NCBI GenBank assembly: GCA_040005235.1
Contig: JBDTZG010000026.1
Location: 1 to 64,000, forward strand
Reading direction: 5' to 3'
From: Acidobacteriota bacterium
GTDB lineage: Bacteria > Acidobacteriota > Thermoanaerobaculia > Multivoradales > UBA5704
Length of the DNA stretch: 64,000 bases
Shown here: piece after piece, positions 1 to 9,943 of the stretch
How the letters are laid out: each line of letters begins with the position of its first letter
How positions within the stretch are numbered: the first letter of the stretch is position 1
The notes under the pieces: model-generated
Told to the model about the DNA's origin: nothing
The model's input: only the letters and a program-made list of their open reading frames with translations
The model's database searches: none
Made by a program: the position numbers and the translations under genes

Positions 1-4
1 CAGT

Positions 5-637
5 GTCGCCCCCTGCGCGGGGGCGTGGATTGAAACTCCTCGACGGCGATACCACTCCGACACCCGCGGAGGTCGCCCCCTGCGCGGGGACGTGGATTGA
101 AACACTCGCGACCGACGCCGCCAACAGCCTGCTGCTGGTCGCCCCCTGCGCGGGGGCGTGGATTGAAACCCTCGATCGAGGTGACGCCCCGCTCTGGGAT
201 GGGGTCGCCCCCTGCGCGGGGGCGTGGATTGAAACGCCGCGATTCTGCGCGCGCACGCCACCAACGACGCGGTCGCCCCCTGCGCGGGGGCGTGGATTGA
301 AACTAATTGAAATGGGCGTGGGGCCGGAACCCACCACCGTCGCCCCCTGCGCGGGGGCGTGGATTGAAACCGGTGATGACCTGCTCGGCGGTTTCGGGAA
401 GGTGGTCGCCCCCTGCGCGGGGGCGTGGATTGAAACTCTTGATCGGGACCTGCCCGACGATCCCAATCCGGGTCGCCCCCTGCGCGGGGGCGTGGATTGA
501 AACCAGGCAGGCAAGCCGCCGCGCGGCACCATGCTGCAGTCGTCCACTGCGCGGGGGCGCGGATTGAAACTATTCCGGGTGGACGATAAGGGGCCGTTTG
601 AGACCGTCGCCCCCTGCGCGAGGGCGTGGATTGAAAC
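5..637 (+). CRISPR. CRISPR array, type I-C-like 32-nt repeat GTCGCCCCCTGCGCGGGGGCGTGGATTGAAAC; 10 repeats and 9 complete spacers (34-36 nt); trailer end, array probably continues left of the window
   Basis: Repeats start at 5, 72, 138, 204, 272, 339, 405, 472, 539 and 606. Internal palindrome and ATTGAAAC 3' end are typical of I-C. Copies at 539 and 606 are degenerate and the copy at 72 has one substitution. No cas genes in the window. Confidence 0.98.
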
Positions 638-778
638 AGCTCGATCCGGGTCAGGTAATCCGACTGGTCGGCCTTAGCCGCCGCGCCTCTCGGCTTCGAG
701 CGGGCTCTCACCTGCGATCCCGGAGGTCTATGATGGGTCCAGCCGAGACTTCGAACCCCGTCTCAGAGGAGGCTTGGA

Positions 779-1045
779 ATGACGATACGGACCAAAGAAC
801 CGAAGCTGGACGACCTCGATAGCGACACCGACCAGGGCGGAGCCGACAGCGGCGGGCAGTCGGGTGACACGCAGGGACTGTCTTCGATTGCGGACGGTGC
901 CGAGGAGAGCGTTGAAGAGCTGGTCGAGACGGGCCAGGATTACGAGGCGGAGATCATCTCGGGGATCGAGGATGCCGCGGACCATCCCGAGCAGCCGGTG
1001 CGGACCCACCAGGATTGGAATCGGGTGGACGAGCGAGATCGCTAG
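779..1045 (+). CDS. small acidic hypothetical protein (88 aa)
   Basis: GGAGG SD upstream of ATG, GC3-biased codons, D/E-rich sequence (GGQSGDTQGLS, ESVEELVETGQ). Confidence 0.75.
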   Translation: MTIRTKEPKLDDLDSDTDQGGADSGGQSGDTQGLSSIADGAEESVEELVETGQDYEAEIISGIEDAADHPEQPVRTHQDWNRVDERDR

Positions 1046-1082
1046 GCAGCGAGAACTATCCTGGTAGTAGTAAGCTTGTCCG

Positions 1083-2174
1083 ATGAAAAGGCCAACCCCC
1101 CTTCGCGCTCTTGGTTCCCTTCGGTCCCTGGCCCTTGTCGGCACCCTCTGCGCTCTCGGCTTCACTTCGGAGCCGAGCTTTGGTTGTACGACCTTCTGCC
1201 TGCGCGATTCCGGGCGGATGATCTTCGGCAAGAACTACGACTGGAGCATCGGCGACGGTCTTTTGATCGTCAACCCGCGCGGCCTTGCCCGGGTGGCGGA
1301 CAGCAGCGACCGTCCGGTGCGCTGGACGGCGAAATACGGCAGCGTCACGTTCAATCAGTACGGACGCGATTTTCCCTCCGGCGGCATGAACGAGGCGGGC
1401 CTGGCGATCGAGCTGATGTGGCTCGACGGCAGCAAGTATCCGGCCCCCGATGCGCGGCATACCGTGGACGTCCTCCAGTGGATTCAGTATCAGCTGGACA
1501 CGCATGCCACGGTCGCCGAGGTGCTCGCCTCCGATCGCGACGTCCGGATCGCCTCCGGGACGCCTCTCCATTACCTGGTCGCCGATCGCACGGGGCAGGT
1601 GGCCACGGTCGAATTTCTGAACGGCCGGCTGGTCGCCCACAACGGCGAGCGGCTGCCGGTCGCTGCGCTCACCAACGACACCTATGACGCATCTTTGCGC
1701 TATCAGCGCGGCCTCGGAGGGAAACCCGCGCCCCCGGATCAAAACTCCCTCCCGCGCTTTGCCCATACCGCGGAACGCGTGCGCGACTTTGCGGCCTCGC
1801 CGAAGAAAGACGCGGTCGGGTATGCGTTTGAGACACTCCGCCAGGCCGAGCAATGGAATACCCGGTGGAGCCTGGTCTATGAGCTCGACCGCCTGAAGGT
1901 TCACTTTCGAACCAAGGAACGGCGCCAGATCCGCGATCTAAGCTTCGCGAATCTCGATTTCCGCTGCTCGCAGCCGGTCCGGATGCTCGACTTGTCGGCC
2001 GACGTCTCGGGCGACGTGGCGGCCCGGCTGGTTCCTTATCAGCGGGCCGCGAACCGGCGGATCGTCGAGATCGCCTACAAGAGCACACCGTTTCTTGCCA
2101 ACACACCTCCGGCCGAAATCGACCGCGTGGCGAGAGTGCCGGAGGCAGCGACCTGCAAAGTTTCCGGGAGGTAA
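1083..2174 (+). CDS. secreted linear amide C-N hydrolase (choloylglycine hydrolase/penicillin V acylase, Ntn family)
   Basis: Signal peptide followed by the N-terminal nucleophile Cys (CTTF), plus GKNYDW, GMNEAGL and LTND motifs. Confidence 0.9.
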   Translation: MKRPTPLRALGSLRSLALVGTLCALGFTSEPSFGCTTFCLRDSGRMIFGKNYDWSIGDGLLIVNPRGLARVADSSDRPVRWTAKYGSVTFNQYGRDFPSGGMNEAGLAIELMWLDGSKYPAPDARHTVDVLQWIQYQLDTHATVAEVLASDRDVRIASGTPLHYLVADRTGQVATVEFLNGRLVAHNGERLPVAALTNDTYDASLRYQRGLGGKPAPPDQNSLPRFAHTAERVRDFAASPKKDAVGYAFETLRQAEQWNTRWSLVYELDRLKVHFRTKERRQIRDLSFANLDFRCSQPVRMLDLSADVSGDVAARLVPYQRAANRRIVEIAYKSTPFLANTPPAEIDRVARVPEAATCKVSGR

Positions 2175-2226
2175 GAGGAGGCGGCCGCCTGAAGCTGACG
2201 ACTCCGGCGAGCGCGAGCCGCGGGTT

Positions 2227-3522
2227 TTACAGCTGTGCCCGCAGCAGCCCCGCCAGTCGGTCGATCACTTTCTCGCTCCAGGGACGTTGATCGAACTGCG
2301 CGAGCGTCATCTGCCGTGAGTGCGCCAGGTCGTCGGCGAAGACCTTTTCCTGCTCTTCGGCGAAACCCCGGTCGTAGACGTTGGCATTCGCCTCGTCGTT
2401 GAGCCGGAAAGAGCGGCTGTCGAAGTTCGTCGAGCCGACCGTAGTCCACAACGAGTCGACGATCATGTACTTGCAGTGAAACATCGTGGGGGCGTACTCA
2501 TAGATCTCGACCCCCGCCTCCAGCAGCGGCCGCCAGCGCGAATGCGAGGCGTGGCGGACGAGCTTGGTGTCGATGTGCTCGCCCGGAACGACGATCTGGA
2601 TCCGCACGCCTCGCTTGCGCGCGGCCACCAGCTCATCGACCGCGAGGTCGTCGGGAACGAAGTAGGAGTTGGCGAGCAGGATGCTGTGCCGCGCCGCGGC
2701 GATCGAGAGCAGGTACATGAGCCGCACGCTCTCGGCGCCTCCCCCCTTGGAGCTGAGGGAAACTTGCACGATCACCGGCCCCGCGGGGGGGACCTTGGCG
2801 AAGTAGGCGGGACCGTCGAGCATCTCCGAGCGGGTCTCGATCCAATTGTCCATGAACGCCGCCTGCATCTGCGCCACCGCCGGCCCCTCGAAGCGGTAGT
2901 GGGAGTCGCGCCATTCCTGAGGATTTCGCGCATTGCCGCGCCACTCGTCCGCGATGCCCACCCCGCCGGTGAAACCGATGTGCCCATCGACGACCAGCAG
3001 CTTGCGATGGGTGCGGTTGTTGGTCCGCGCCACGTTGTACCAGCGCAGCGGCTGATAGCGCTCCACCTCGGCGCCCGCCTCCTGCATTTGTTGCAGGTAG
3101 CTGTCGTCTATCTTGCCGGAGCCGACCCAATCGAGCAGTACATGGACTTTCACTCCGGCACGAGCCCGCTCGGTGAGAGCGTCGGCAAAATCCTTGCCGA
3201 TCTTCCCGGACCAGTAGATATAGGACTCCAGGCAGATCGACTTCTGGGCGCCCCGGATGGCGCCGAGCATGGCGGGAAAGATCTCGTCGCCGTTCTGAAA
3301 ATCCACGGCGCTGTTGCCGTCGACAAGGGGCGGCCCGAAAAGCGACCCCATCGTGCGCACGAACTGGGGATCCTCGATGCCGTAGAGACCGGGCATCGCT
3401 TTGGTGATCTTCTTTTCGCCCGTCGACAAATTGAGCATGAGAATGACGATGACTGCCATCGCCACCGCCCCGCCGGCAACGTAGATCCACATCCTCTTCC
3501 CTCGCAATCTTTTGGGGATCAT
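2227..3522 (-). CDS. cls: cardiolipin synthase (phospholipase D family)
   Basis: Two HKD motifs (THRKLLVVDG, FHCKYMIVD), GSTNFD..S..LNDE, N-terminal TM helix. Start placed at the ATG at 3522, which has GGAG upstream. Confidence 0.9.
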   Translation of the reverse strand: MIPKRLRGKRMWIYVAGGAVAMAVIVILMLNLSTGEKKITKAMPGLYGIEDPQFVRTMGSLFGPPLVDGNSAVDFQNGDEIFPAMLGAIRGAQKSICLESYIYWSGKIGKDFADALTERARAGVKVHVLLDWVGSGKIDDSYLQQMQEAGAEVERYQPLRWYNVARTNNRTHRKLLVVDGHIGFTGGVGIADEWRGNARNPQEWRDSHYRFEGPAVAQMQAAFMDNWIETRSEMLDGPAYFAKVPPAGPVIVQVSLSSKGGGAESVRLMYLLSIAAARHSILLANSYFVPDDLAVDELVAARKRGVRIQIVVPGEHIDTKLVRHASHSRWRPLLEAGVEIYEYAPTMFHCKYMIVDSLWTTVGSTNFDSRSFRLNDEANANVYDRGFAEEQEKVFADDLAHSRQMTLAQFDQRPWSEKVIDRLAGLLRAQL

Positions 3523-3660
3523 AGACTCCAAGCCCTCCGGATCGCCCGGGGGGACTGCAGGCGGTGTGCCACGGGTCGGCCGGCGCAATGCCGTAGCCAG
3601 CATGCCGGCGAACAGGAGTCCGGCTTCGACGCACCGGCCGCTTACTGGCGGAGGCCTGGC

Positions 3661-3712
3661 GCGAGTCATATCTCTCGCACTCTCAGAGCCTGACGTATAA
3701 GATATGACCCGC
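3661..3712 (+). promoter_or_regulatory. inverted-repeat operator over the hipBA promoter
   Basis: GCGAGTCATATCT ... AGATATGACCCGC (12/13 complementary) overlaps a TATAAG/TAAGAT -10-like element directly before the antitoxin ATG. Confidence 0.6.
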
Positions 3713-3713
3713 T

Positions 3714-4088
3714 ATGCCGCGAACCACTCCCTCTCTGCTGCCGCGCCTCAAGCGCCTACTCGCCGGCCTCGGCGGCAATCTCAAGCTCGCCCGGCTGCGG
3801 CGCCGCTACTCCGCCGAGGTCGTGGCGGACCGGGCCGGGATCTCGCGGAAAACCCTCTATCGCGTCGAAGAGGGAGATCCGGCGGTGGCGATGGGGATTT
3901 ACGCTCGGGTCCTCCAAGCGCTGAGGCTGGAGCAGGATTTGGCGCTATTAGCCGCCGACGATGTGCTGGGCCGGAAACTCCAGGACTTGGAGTTGACCCC
4001 GAAGCAGCGTGCGCCCAAACGGAAGCCGGCCCCGGCCGCGGACGAAACTGAAGCGTTCCAGCCCGGCGGAGATGAGAGCACCTCGTGA
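3714..4088 (+). CDS. hipB: XRE-family HTH antitoxin (HipB-like)
   Basis: LKLARLRR...VADRAGISRKTLYRVEEG HTH; GTGA overlap with the hipA start. Confidence 0.88.
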   Translation: MPRTTPSLLPRLKRLLAGLGGNLKLARLRRRYSAEVVADRAGISRKTLYRVEEGDPAVAMGIYARVLQALRLEQDLALLAADDVLGRKLQDLELTPKQRAPKRKPAPAADETEAFQPGGDESTS

Positions 4089-5344
4089 CGACTCGAAGGG
4101 ATGCTGTGGAAGTTTGCGTCGATCTGGAGCGCTTTGGCGGCCCGGTCGCGATGGGCAACTTGCGTCGGCAGAGTGGGCGCTCAGGCGAGGTGTTCTCGTT
4201 CGAGTACGAGCCATCTTGGTTGGTTCGAAGCGACGCCGTCGATCTGGATCCGGATCTCGCGCTGGGCGCCGGACCTCAGTACCCTCCGGCCAACCGGCCG
4301 AGCTTCGGCATCTTCCTCGACTCGTCGCCGGATCGCTGGGGTCGAGTCTTGATGCAGCGTCGCGAGAACGTACGCGCCCGGCACGAAGGGCGGCGAGCCC
4401 GCGGCTTGACGGAGTGGGATTTTCTGCTCGGAGTCCAAGACGAAACCCGCCTCGGTGCACTGCGCTTTAGAAGCTTGACCGGCGGGCCTTTCATCGATAC
4501 CGAAGAGCCCCTCGCCGCACCCCCGATCGCTGCTCTGCGAGAGCTGCAAGCGGCGAGCCTTCGGTTCGAACGGCATCTCGAAGAGGAAACTCATCCCGAG
4601 TATGAACGTTGGCTCTCTCAGCTCTTCGCGCCAGGCACTTCGCTGGGAGGAGCCCGGCCCAAGGCATCCGTGCGGGACGAGTCGGGGGCTCTGTGCATGG
4701 CAAAGTTTCCGAGCCGGCTCGATACGCGCGACGTCGGAGGGTGGGAGTTGCTGGCCCATCGCCTGGCGGGCGAAGCCGGGATCGTCGTGCCCGATGCGCG
4801 ACCCTTACGCTTGGGAGAGAGCCCCTACACGACCTTCCTGGTGAAGCGTTTCGACCGCACCTCTCGGGGTGGCCGCCTGGCTTTCGTTTCGGCGATGACG
4901 CTGACTCAGCGAAGGGACGGCGAGCCCGGCGCGAGCTACCTGGAGCTTGTAGACCTCCTTCAATCCAGAGGCGCTTCGACCCGGGAGGATTGCGCGCAAC
5001 TCTTCCGGCGCGTCGTCTTCAGCATCCTGATCCACAACACGGACGATCACCTGCGCAACCATGGCTTCCTCGTCGACACGCAGGGAATTCGCCTCTCTCC
5101 GGCCTACGACCTCAACCCCTCAACGGAAAGCCGCGATCTGTCGTTGGCCATCAACGAAGTCGAGTCGGCCTGTGATGTTTCGATCGCGATGGATGCAGCG
5201 GCCGAGTACGAGGTGAGCCCACCGGAAGCGGAGCGGATTCTCAAAGAAGTCCGTACCGCCGTCGACACATGGCGTCGCCATGCCGCGGCGCTCGGTATTC
5301 CCAAGTCGGCGCAGGACTCGATGGCGGGCGCTTTCGAGGCCTGA
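4085..5344 (+). CDS. hipA: HipA-family Ser/Thr kinase toxin
   Basis: SLGGARPKA P-loop, KRFDR, NTDDHLRNHGFL catalytic loop, LSPAYDLNP. Confidence 0.95.
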   Translation: MTTRRDAVEVCVDLERFGGPVAMGNLRRQSGRSGEVFSFEYEPSWLVRSDAVDLDPDLALGAGPQYPPANRPSFGIFLDSSPDRWGRVLMQRRENVRARHEGRRARGLTEWDFLLGVQDETRLGALRFRSLTGGPFIDTEEPLAAPPIAALRELQAASLRFERHLEEETHPEYERWLSQLFAPGTSLGGARPKASVRDESGALCMAKFPSRLDTRDVGGWELLAHRLAGEAGIVVPDARPLRLGESPYTTFLVKRFDRTSRGGRLAFVSAMTLTQRRDGEPGASYLELVDLLQSRGASTREDCAQLFRRVVFSILIHNTDDHLRNHGFLVDTQGIRLSPAYDLNPSTESRDLSLAINEVESACDVSIAMDAAAEYEVSPPEAERILKEVRTAVDTWRRHAAALGIPKSAQDSMAGAFEA

Positions 5345-5502
5345 CTGATTGTCTGGAAGGACAGGACCCGGCGCGACGACCCCGCCACAGTTCATCGTAA
5401 AGTATTGTCACGATATCTGCATTTTGGACCAGCAGGTGCAGACTTCCTAGGACTCGTTTTTGCCGTTTCCGAGTCCGAATCGGCCGGTGGAGCGGAACGG
5501 CG

Positions 5503-6039
5503 TCAACCGGCCGAGGGAAACTCACCTTTAGCTTTGAGCCGTCCGATCTGCCGGGCGTGGTCCTCGACGTGCAGCAGGCCCAAAGTCAAAGCCTGCGACA
5601 GCGTGATCGGTCCGGCGGCCGGATGCTTGAAGACCGCCCGGTCCAACGCCTTCCGATCGAGCCCGGACGCGTAGGCGCGAAGCTGGTTTAGATTCTCGTC
5701 CCACTCGCGCCGCGAATCGGCGAGCGACCATTCCCCCTGCGGGAGCATTTTCGGCGACGGGGCCTTCACCCGAATTCGGAACCGCAGGACCAAGAACACC
5801 ACGAAATAGGCGAACCGGTGCTTCAAACGCCGCGGTCGGTCCCGTCGCTCCGCCGTCTCGGGGAACCGGCAGACCTCCCGCTCGGAAAGCACGAGATGCT
5901 CGACGATCTCAAGGATCGACCATTTTCCAGGAGCCGGACTCCGACCGAGAACCGCGGGGTCTAGAGGCGCCAGCTCATCGAGCAGCGCGTTGCGCCGGGT
6001 ATCTAGAGAACGGATCTGCCGGTCGATTCGGGTTGTCAT
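5503..6039 (-). CDS. DinB family protein
   Basis: GKWSILEIVEHL, FKHPAAG and H...H motifs. Start set at MTTRID (6039). Confidence 0.8.
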   Translation of the reverse strand: MTTRIDRQIRSLDTRRNALLDELAPLDPAVLGRSPAPGKWSILEIVEHLVLSEREVCRFPETAERRDRPRRLKHRFAYFVVFLVLRFRIRVKAPSPKMLPQGEWSLADSRREWDENLNQLRAYASGLDRKALDRAVFKHPAAGPITLSQALTLGLLHVEDHARQIGRLKAKGEFPSAG

Positions 6040-6438
6040 ATTGGGGCCGAAGCCTGCCATACGCCGGAGGCAAAGGCGAGGGAAAAGGGGGTGTTTGGAA
6101 CTGGATCTAGATGCCCAGGAGTGGGTGGCTTGGGGGGAGGAGACAAACAGGTGCTGGGCAGGCGGGGGGAGAACACGGGTAGACGCCGCCGGGGGCGGAG
6201 AGTTCCATGGTCGTTGGCGCCGCTGCGGAGACGCCCCGACGGCCAGCACCCGGATAGGCCCGTGGTTGAGGACTGGGGACGTCTCTACAAAGGTCCCCAT
6301 TATTTTGCGAATAGCCTAAACGGACAGTCTGTGGCCGGTGTCGATAAAGGAAGGATTCGCCCTCGAACGCCCGAGCCGAAGGCGAAGGCGTTCGAGACCG
6401 AAGCGCTTCGGCTCAGCCAAGACGAGCGAAGCGAGGAA

Positions 6439-6514
6439 TGGTGGAGCAGAAGGGACTCGAACCCTCGACCCCCACGTTGCGAACGTGGTGCTCTCCCAGC
6501 TGAGCTACTGCCCC
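6439..6514 (-). tRNA. tRNA-Ala (anticodon CGC)
   Basis: Reverse complement GGGGCAGTAGCTCAGCTGGGAGAGCACCACGTTCGCAACGTGGGGGTCGAGGGTTCGAGTCCCTTCTGCTCCACCA: 76 nt, cloverleaf, G3-U70 pair, encoded CCA. Confidence 0.97.
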
Positions 6515-6766
6515 ACGAGCGGGAGGTCGCGGATTGTATAGAGGTGGTCGGGCGAGGGCAAGCGCGCTCTTTTTGCGGGGCAGGAAGCCCGGCTGGGACC
6601 GTTTTCCCGGTAGAATGCCCTAAGGGAGTTGATTTTTCTGTGGCCTTGTGCCATTTTCTCGGCTAAGCTACGGTAGTTCCGGTAGACCAGTTAATCCAGG
6701 AGTCGGGCAACCCTGAGGGGCCGTGTCGTTCCTCACGCCCAACGACGATCTCGGAGGAGACGAATC

Positions 6767-8071
6767 ATGAAGAAGAGTTTGGTATTCGGCCTGCTGCTCG
6801 CAGCGGTCGGGGCGTCGGGCCTCTGGGCCCAAACGCCGGGCGTCAATGGACCGCCGTTCATCTGCTCCATCGAAGACTCGCCAGCGGCCACGCTGCTGCT
6901 GCCGTATTTCGAAGTCGATCTGAACAACCCGAACGGGATCAACACCCTGTTCTCGATCAACAACGCTTCGGCGACCGCCATCCTCGCCCACGTCGTCCTG
7001 TGGTCCGATCTGTCGGTTCCGACGTTCGACTTCAACATCTACCTCACAGGGTATGACGTGCAGACCGTCAGCATCCGCGACATCTTCAACGGCACGGTGC
7101 CGCGCACCGCGTCGGCGGGCCAGGACCCGGGTGACACCATCAGCCACAAGGGTACCTTCTCGCAGGACATCAACTTCGCCAGCTGCAACGGCCAGTTGCC
7201 GCCGCCGGCGGTTCCGGCCTCGTTCGTCACCCACCTGCGCGCCGCGCACACGGGTACGTTCTCGGCCATCCTGAACGGCTGCGCTGGTCGGGCCTTTGGC
7301 GACAACATCGCCCGTGGCTACGTCACGGTCGACACCGTCAACAACTGCACCCTGCGCTTCCCGGGTGATGCCGGCTACTTCGCTTCCGGCGGCACGGGCG
7401 ACGCGACCAACCAGAACGTGCTCTGGGGCGACTACTTCTACGTCAACTCGGGCGAGAACTTCGCCCAGGGTGAGACGCTCGTCCACATCCAGGCTTCGGC
7501 CACGAACCCGGAGACCTCGGTCGCCGGTCAGTACACCTTCTATGGTCGTTACGTGAACTGGACGGCCGCGGACAACCGCGAGCCGCTCTCGACGAACTTC
7601 GCCGCCCGCTACATCAACGGCGGAGCGTTCACCGGTGGTACGGACTACATCGTGTGGCGCGACTCGAAGGTCGACCAGAACGCGTTCAAGTGCGGCACGA
7701 CCCCGGCGTGGTACCCGCTCGGCGAAGAGCAGATCGTGATCTTCGACGAGGCCGAGACCCCCGAGCTGCAGCAGGTTCCGCCGTTCTCGCCGCCGCCTCC
7801 GGGCGACTTCCTGATTCCGTTCCCGGCCGAGTCGCAGCGTACGGCCGTTGACGGACAGGACTTCCCGGTGTCGTTCGACTTCGGCTGGATCTTCCTGAAC
7901 CTGAACACCACGGTGGCTGCGGCGGGTTCCAACCCGCCGGAAGATCCGGCGGCGGCTCAGGCTTGGGTGACGGTGATCATGGACGCTTCGGGCAGGTTCA
8001 GCGTTGGTTATGACGCGATCCAGCTCGACAGCGCCTGCGCGGCCAGCCACTTCCTGATCGGCGGCAACTAG
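6767..8071 (+). CDS. secreted, probably abundant surface protein (PAATLLLPYFEV-type, 434 aa)
   Basis: GGAGG SD, classical signal peptide, strong codon bias (AAC/TTC/TAC/GGT/CGT), own terminator. Confidence 0.85.
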   Translation: MKKSLVFGLLLAAVGASGLWAQTPGVNGPPFICSIEDSPAATLLLPYFEVDLNNPNGINTLFSINNASATAILAHVVLWSDLSVPTFDFNIYLTGYDVQTVSIRDIFNGTVPRTASAGQDPGDTISHKGTFSQDINFASCNGQLPPPAVPASFVTHLRAAHTGTFSAILNGCAGRAFGDNIARGYVTVDTVNNCTLRFPGDAGYFASGGTGDATNQNVLWGDYFYVNSGENFAQGETLVHIQASATNPETSVAGQYTFYGRYVNWTAADNREPLSTNFAARYINGGAFTGGTDYIVWRDSKVDQNAFKCGTTPAWYPLGEEQIVIFDEAETPELQQVPPFSPPPPGDFLIPFPAESQRTAVDGQDFPVSFDFGWIFLNLNTTVAAAGSNPPEDPAAAQAWVTVIMDASGRFSVGYDAIQLDSACAASHFLIGGN

Positions 8072-8095
8072 AGCCTCAGATTCATCGAGTGGTGG

Positions 8096-8134
8096 AAACG
8101 GGCCGGGGGCAACCCCCGGCCCGTTTTTCTTTTT
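8096..8134 (+). terminator. rho-independent terminator
   Basis: AAACGGGCCGGGGG-CAA-CCCCCGGCCCGTTT followed by a T-rich tail. Confidence 0.9.
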
Positions 8135-8179
8135 GGGGGCGCATGCACGGTGGATGGTCCCCTCGGTCTGGGCACCCAT

Positions 8180-8312
8180 CCCCCAACCCAGGCCTCCAGC
8201 CTGGGCTAACGTGACAGGCCCTTCAGGCCGTCAATGTTGTTCAGAGGAGGGCGGCCCAACGGGTCGCGTCCCGTTAGCCCAGGCCAACGGCCTGGGTGGC
8301 CTGGGTTGGGGG
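8180..8312. repeat. REP/REPIN-like inverted-repeat element, family A copy 1
   Basis: CCCAGGCC..CAGCCTGGGCTAACG ... GGCCCTTCAGGCC ... GGCCCAACGGGTCGCGTC..CGTTAGCCCAGGC; homologous to 32269-32512. Confidence 0.8.
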
Positions 8313-8354
8313 TGGTGGAGACTGTTGCCCGGATCGGGGTGAACCGGCTCGCGA

Positions 8355-9656
8355 TCAGCCTTCGGAGTCGGAGACCGCCGCGGGGATCAGCGCGAGCGTC
8401 TCTTCGTCGTTCTGGAGCAGGTCGGCCATCGTGGTCTTGGCCAAGGCGCTGCCGCGGGTCGAGGCGGTGCCGGCGACCAGCGCCTCCAAGCGACGGCGGA
8501 GGTCCATCGGCAGCGGCTGGACGGCACGTCGGGCGCGATGGTCGTAGGCCTGGAAGATCTGATCGAGCGTAATCGCCTGCGGATCCGCGGCGAGAAGATA
8601 GCCCGGTTCGCCGGCTTCGGTCTGCCGTAGCAGGTCGTGGGTGAGCAGCGGGTGGAGAACCCGGTCCAGCTCCTGCGGGGAGATCTGGAGCTGCGCCGCC
8701 AACTCGTCTTCCGACAGGCTTTTTTCGCCGCGCACGAAACGTCCCGAGATCACCGCGACGGCGGCGAGTCCCACCCAGGCGGCCTGCATCGGCGGATGGA
8801 GGTAGAGGCCAAGGGAAATAATGGGAAAGTGCTGGGCGGTGTAGGCGACCTCGACCCCGTACAGGATGATCGCCCAGGTCAGCTCGATCGAGATCATGAA
8901 CAGGAGCGCGAAGGCGAAGCTGCCATAGACCGCGCTCACGTTGCGGAAGTACTCGACGTAGAGGCCGAAACCGAAACGCAGCAGCTCCAGAAGGATTGCC
9001 GCGACCAGCGCGCCGGCCAAAGCGTTCCGGAACCGGACGGGCGTATACGGAACGAACCAGTAGAGCATCACCAAGCCGACCAGCGCCGCCGCGAAGGGCA
9101 GAACGCCGAGCAGCATGGAGCGTTGGACCAGCTGGCGAAACGCCGGGCTTTGGCGCAGCAGGATCAGGCTGGAAAAGGTGGCCGCGAGCAGCGCCGGCCC
9201 CCAAAACATGAGCAGCAGGTAGGTGGCTATGCGGACCCGGATCGGCCGGTGGCGGGCGACGTTCCAGATCTTGTTGATCGTTTTCTCGATCGTCGAGAAG
9301 ACCATCATCGCGGTGATGAAAAACGCCGCGACGCCGAAACCGTGAAGGGCACGCGCCTGGGCGAGAAATTCCGCGAGCTTGTCGGTAATCGGCTTTTCGG
9401 TATACGGCAGGATCTGGACGAAGACCTCGAAGCTTTTCTGCTGATATTGGCTGAACACCCGGGCGCCGACGTAGGAGAGCGCGGCGAGCAGCGGAATCAG
9501 GGAGAGCACGGTGACGAAGGCGAGCGCCGACGCCGTGAGCAGGATCGAGTCGTCGTTCGCCTGACGCAGAGACAGGCGGAAGAACGAAGCGGTCCGGCGC
9601 AGGAAAGAAGGCCCGGAGCGCCGAGCCAAAGCGGCCTGCCGCTCGGGATCTACCAC
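8355..9656 (-). CDS. YihY/BrkB family membrane protein with C-terminal winged-helix-like domain
   Basis: ASALAFVTVLSLIP, IEKTINKIW, YGSFA...LYGVEV motifs; C-terminal GYLLAADPQAITL. Confidence 0.88.
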   Translation of the reverse strand: MVDPERQAALARRSGPSFLRRTASFFRLSLRQANDDSILLTASALAFVTVLSLIPLLAALSYVGARVFSQYQQKSFEVFVQILPYTEKPITDKLAEFLAQARALHGFGVAAFFITAMMVFSTIEKTINKIWNVARHRPIRVRIATYLLLMFWGPALLAATFSSLILLRQSPAFRQLVQRSMLLGVLPFAAALVGLVMLYWFVPYTPVRFRNALAGALVAAILLELLRFGFGLYVEYFRNVSAVYGSFAFALLFMISIELTWAIILYGVEVAYTAQHFPIISLGLYLHPPMQAAWVGLAAVAVISGRFVRGEKSLSEDELAAQLQISPQELDRVLHPLLTHDLLRQTEAGEPGYLLAADPQAITLDQIFQAYDHRARRAVQPLPMDLRRRLEALVAGTASTRGSALAKTTMADLLQNDEETLALIPAAVSDSEG

Positions 9657-9847
9657 GGCGGGCGCTCCTCTGCGAGGGGGCGCGGCGGCAAGATTTGCAG
9701 GCGGCGAAGCGATAGATGCGCTTCGTCGACGCAGCCGCAGGCTCCGTGAAAAGTGAGGGTTGCCATGACTTGGGTTCAGAGTCTAACCTGTCGCCTGTCT
9801 TTGCGCTGGAGGGGGCAGCCCAGCCCTTGGCGGCCACCGCGGTGTGC

Positions 9848-9864
9848 CAGGCATGGTTCCTGCT
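9848..9864 (+). promoter_or_regulatory. putative sigma54 -24/-12 promoter
   Basis: AGGCATGGTTCCTGCT (GG-N10-GC) about 80 nt upstream of the DUF883-like gene. Confidence 0.5.
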
Positions 9865-9943
9865 CTGCTAAGAAGACAGCTCCGGAAGAAACGATCCGAA
9901 GCTTTCGCTGCGACAGACACGAAGAGTCAAGGAGGACTACCAT

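Noticed and set aside
638-700. Possible 11th CRISPR repeat at about 668 (GTCGGCCTTAGCC...)
   Set aside because: Only the first 4-6 nt match and the spacer would be about 30 nt.
3-822. Repetitive ORFs (SPPARGRGLK / VAPCAGAWIET)
   Set aside because: Translations of the CRISPR repeats, not proteins.
6080-6235. GGAGA recurring about every 29-30 nt in a G-rich spacer
   Set aside because: Only four short hits in purine-skewed sequence, not distinguishable from chance by eye.
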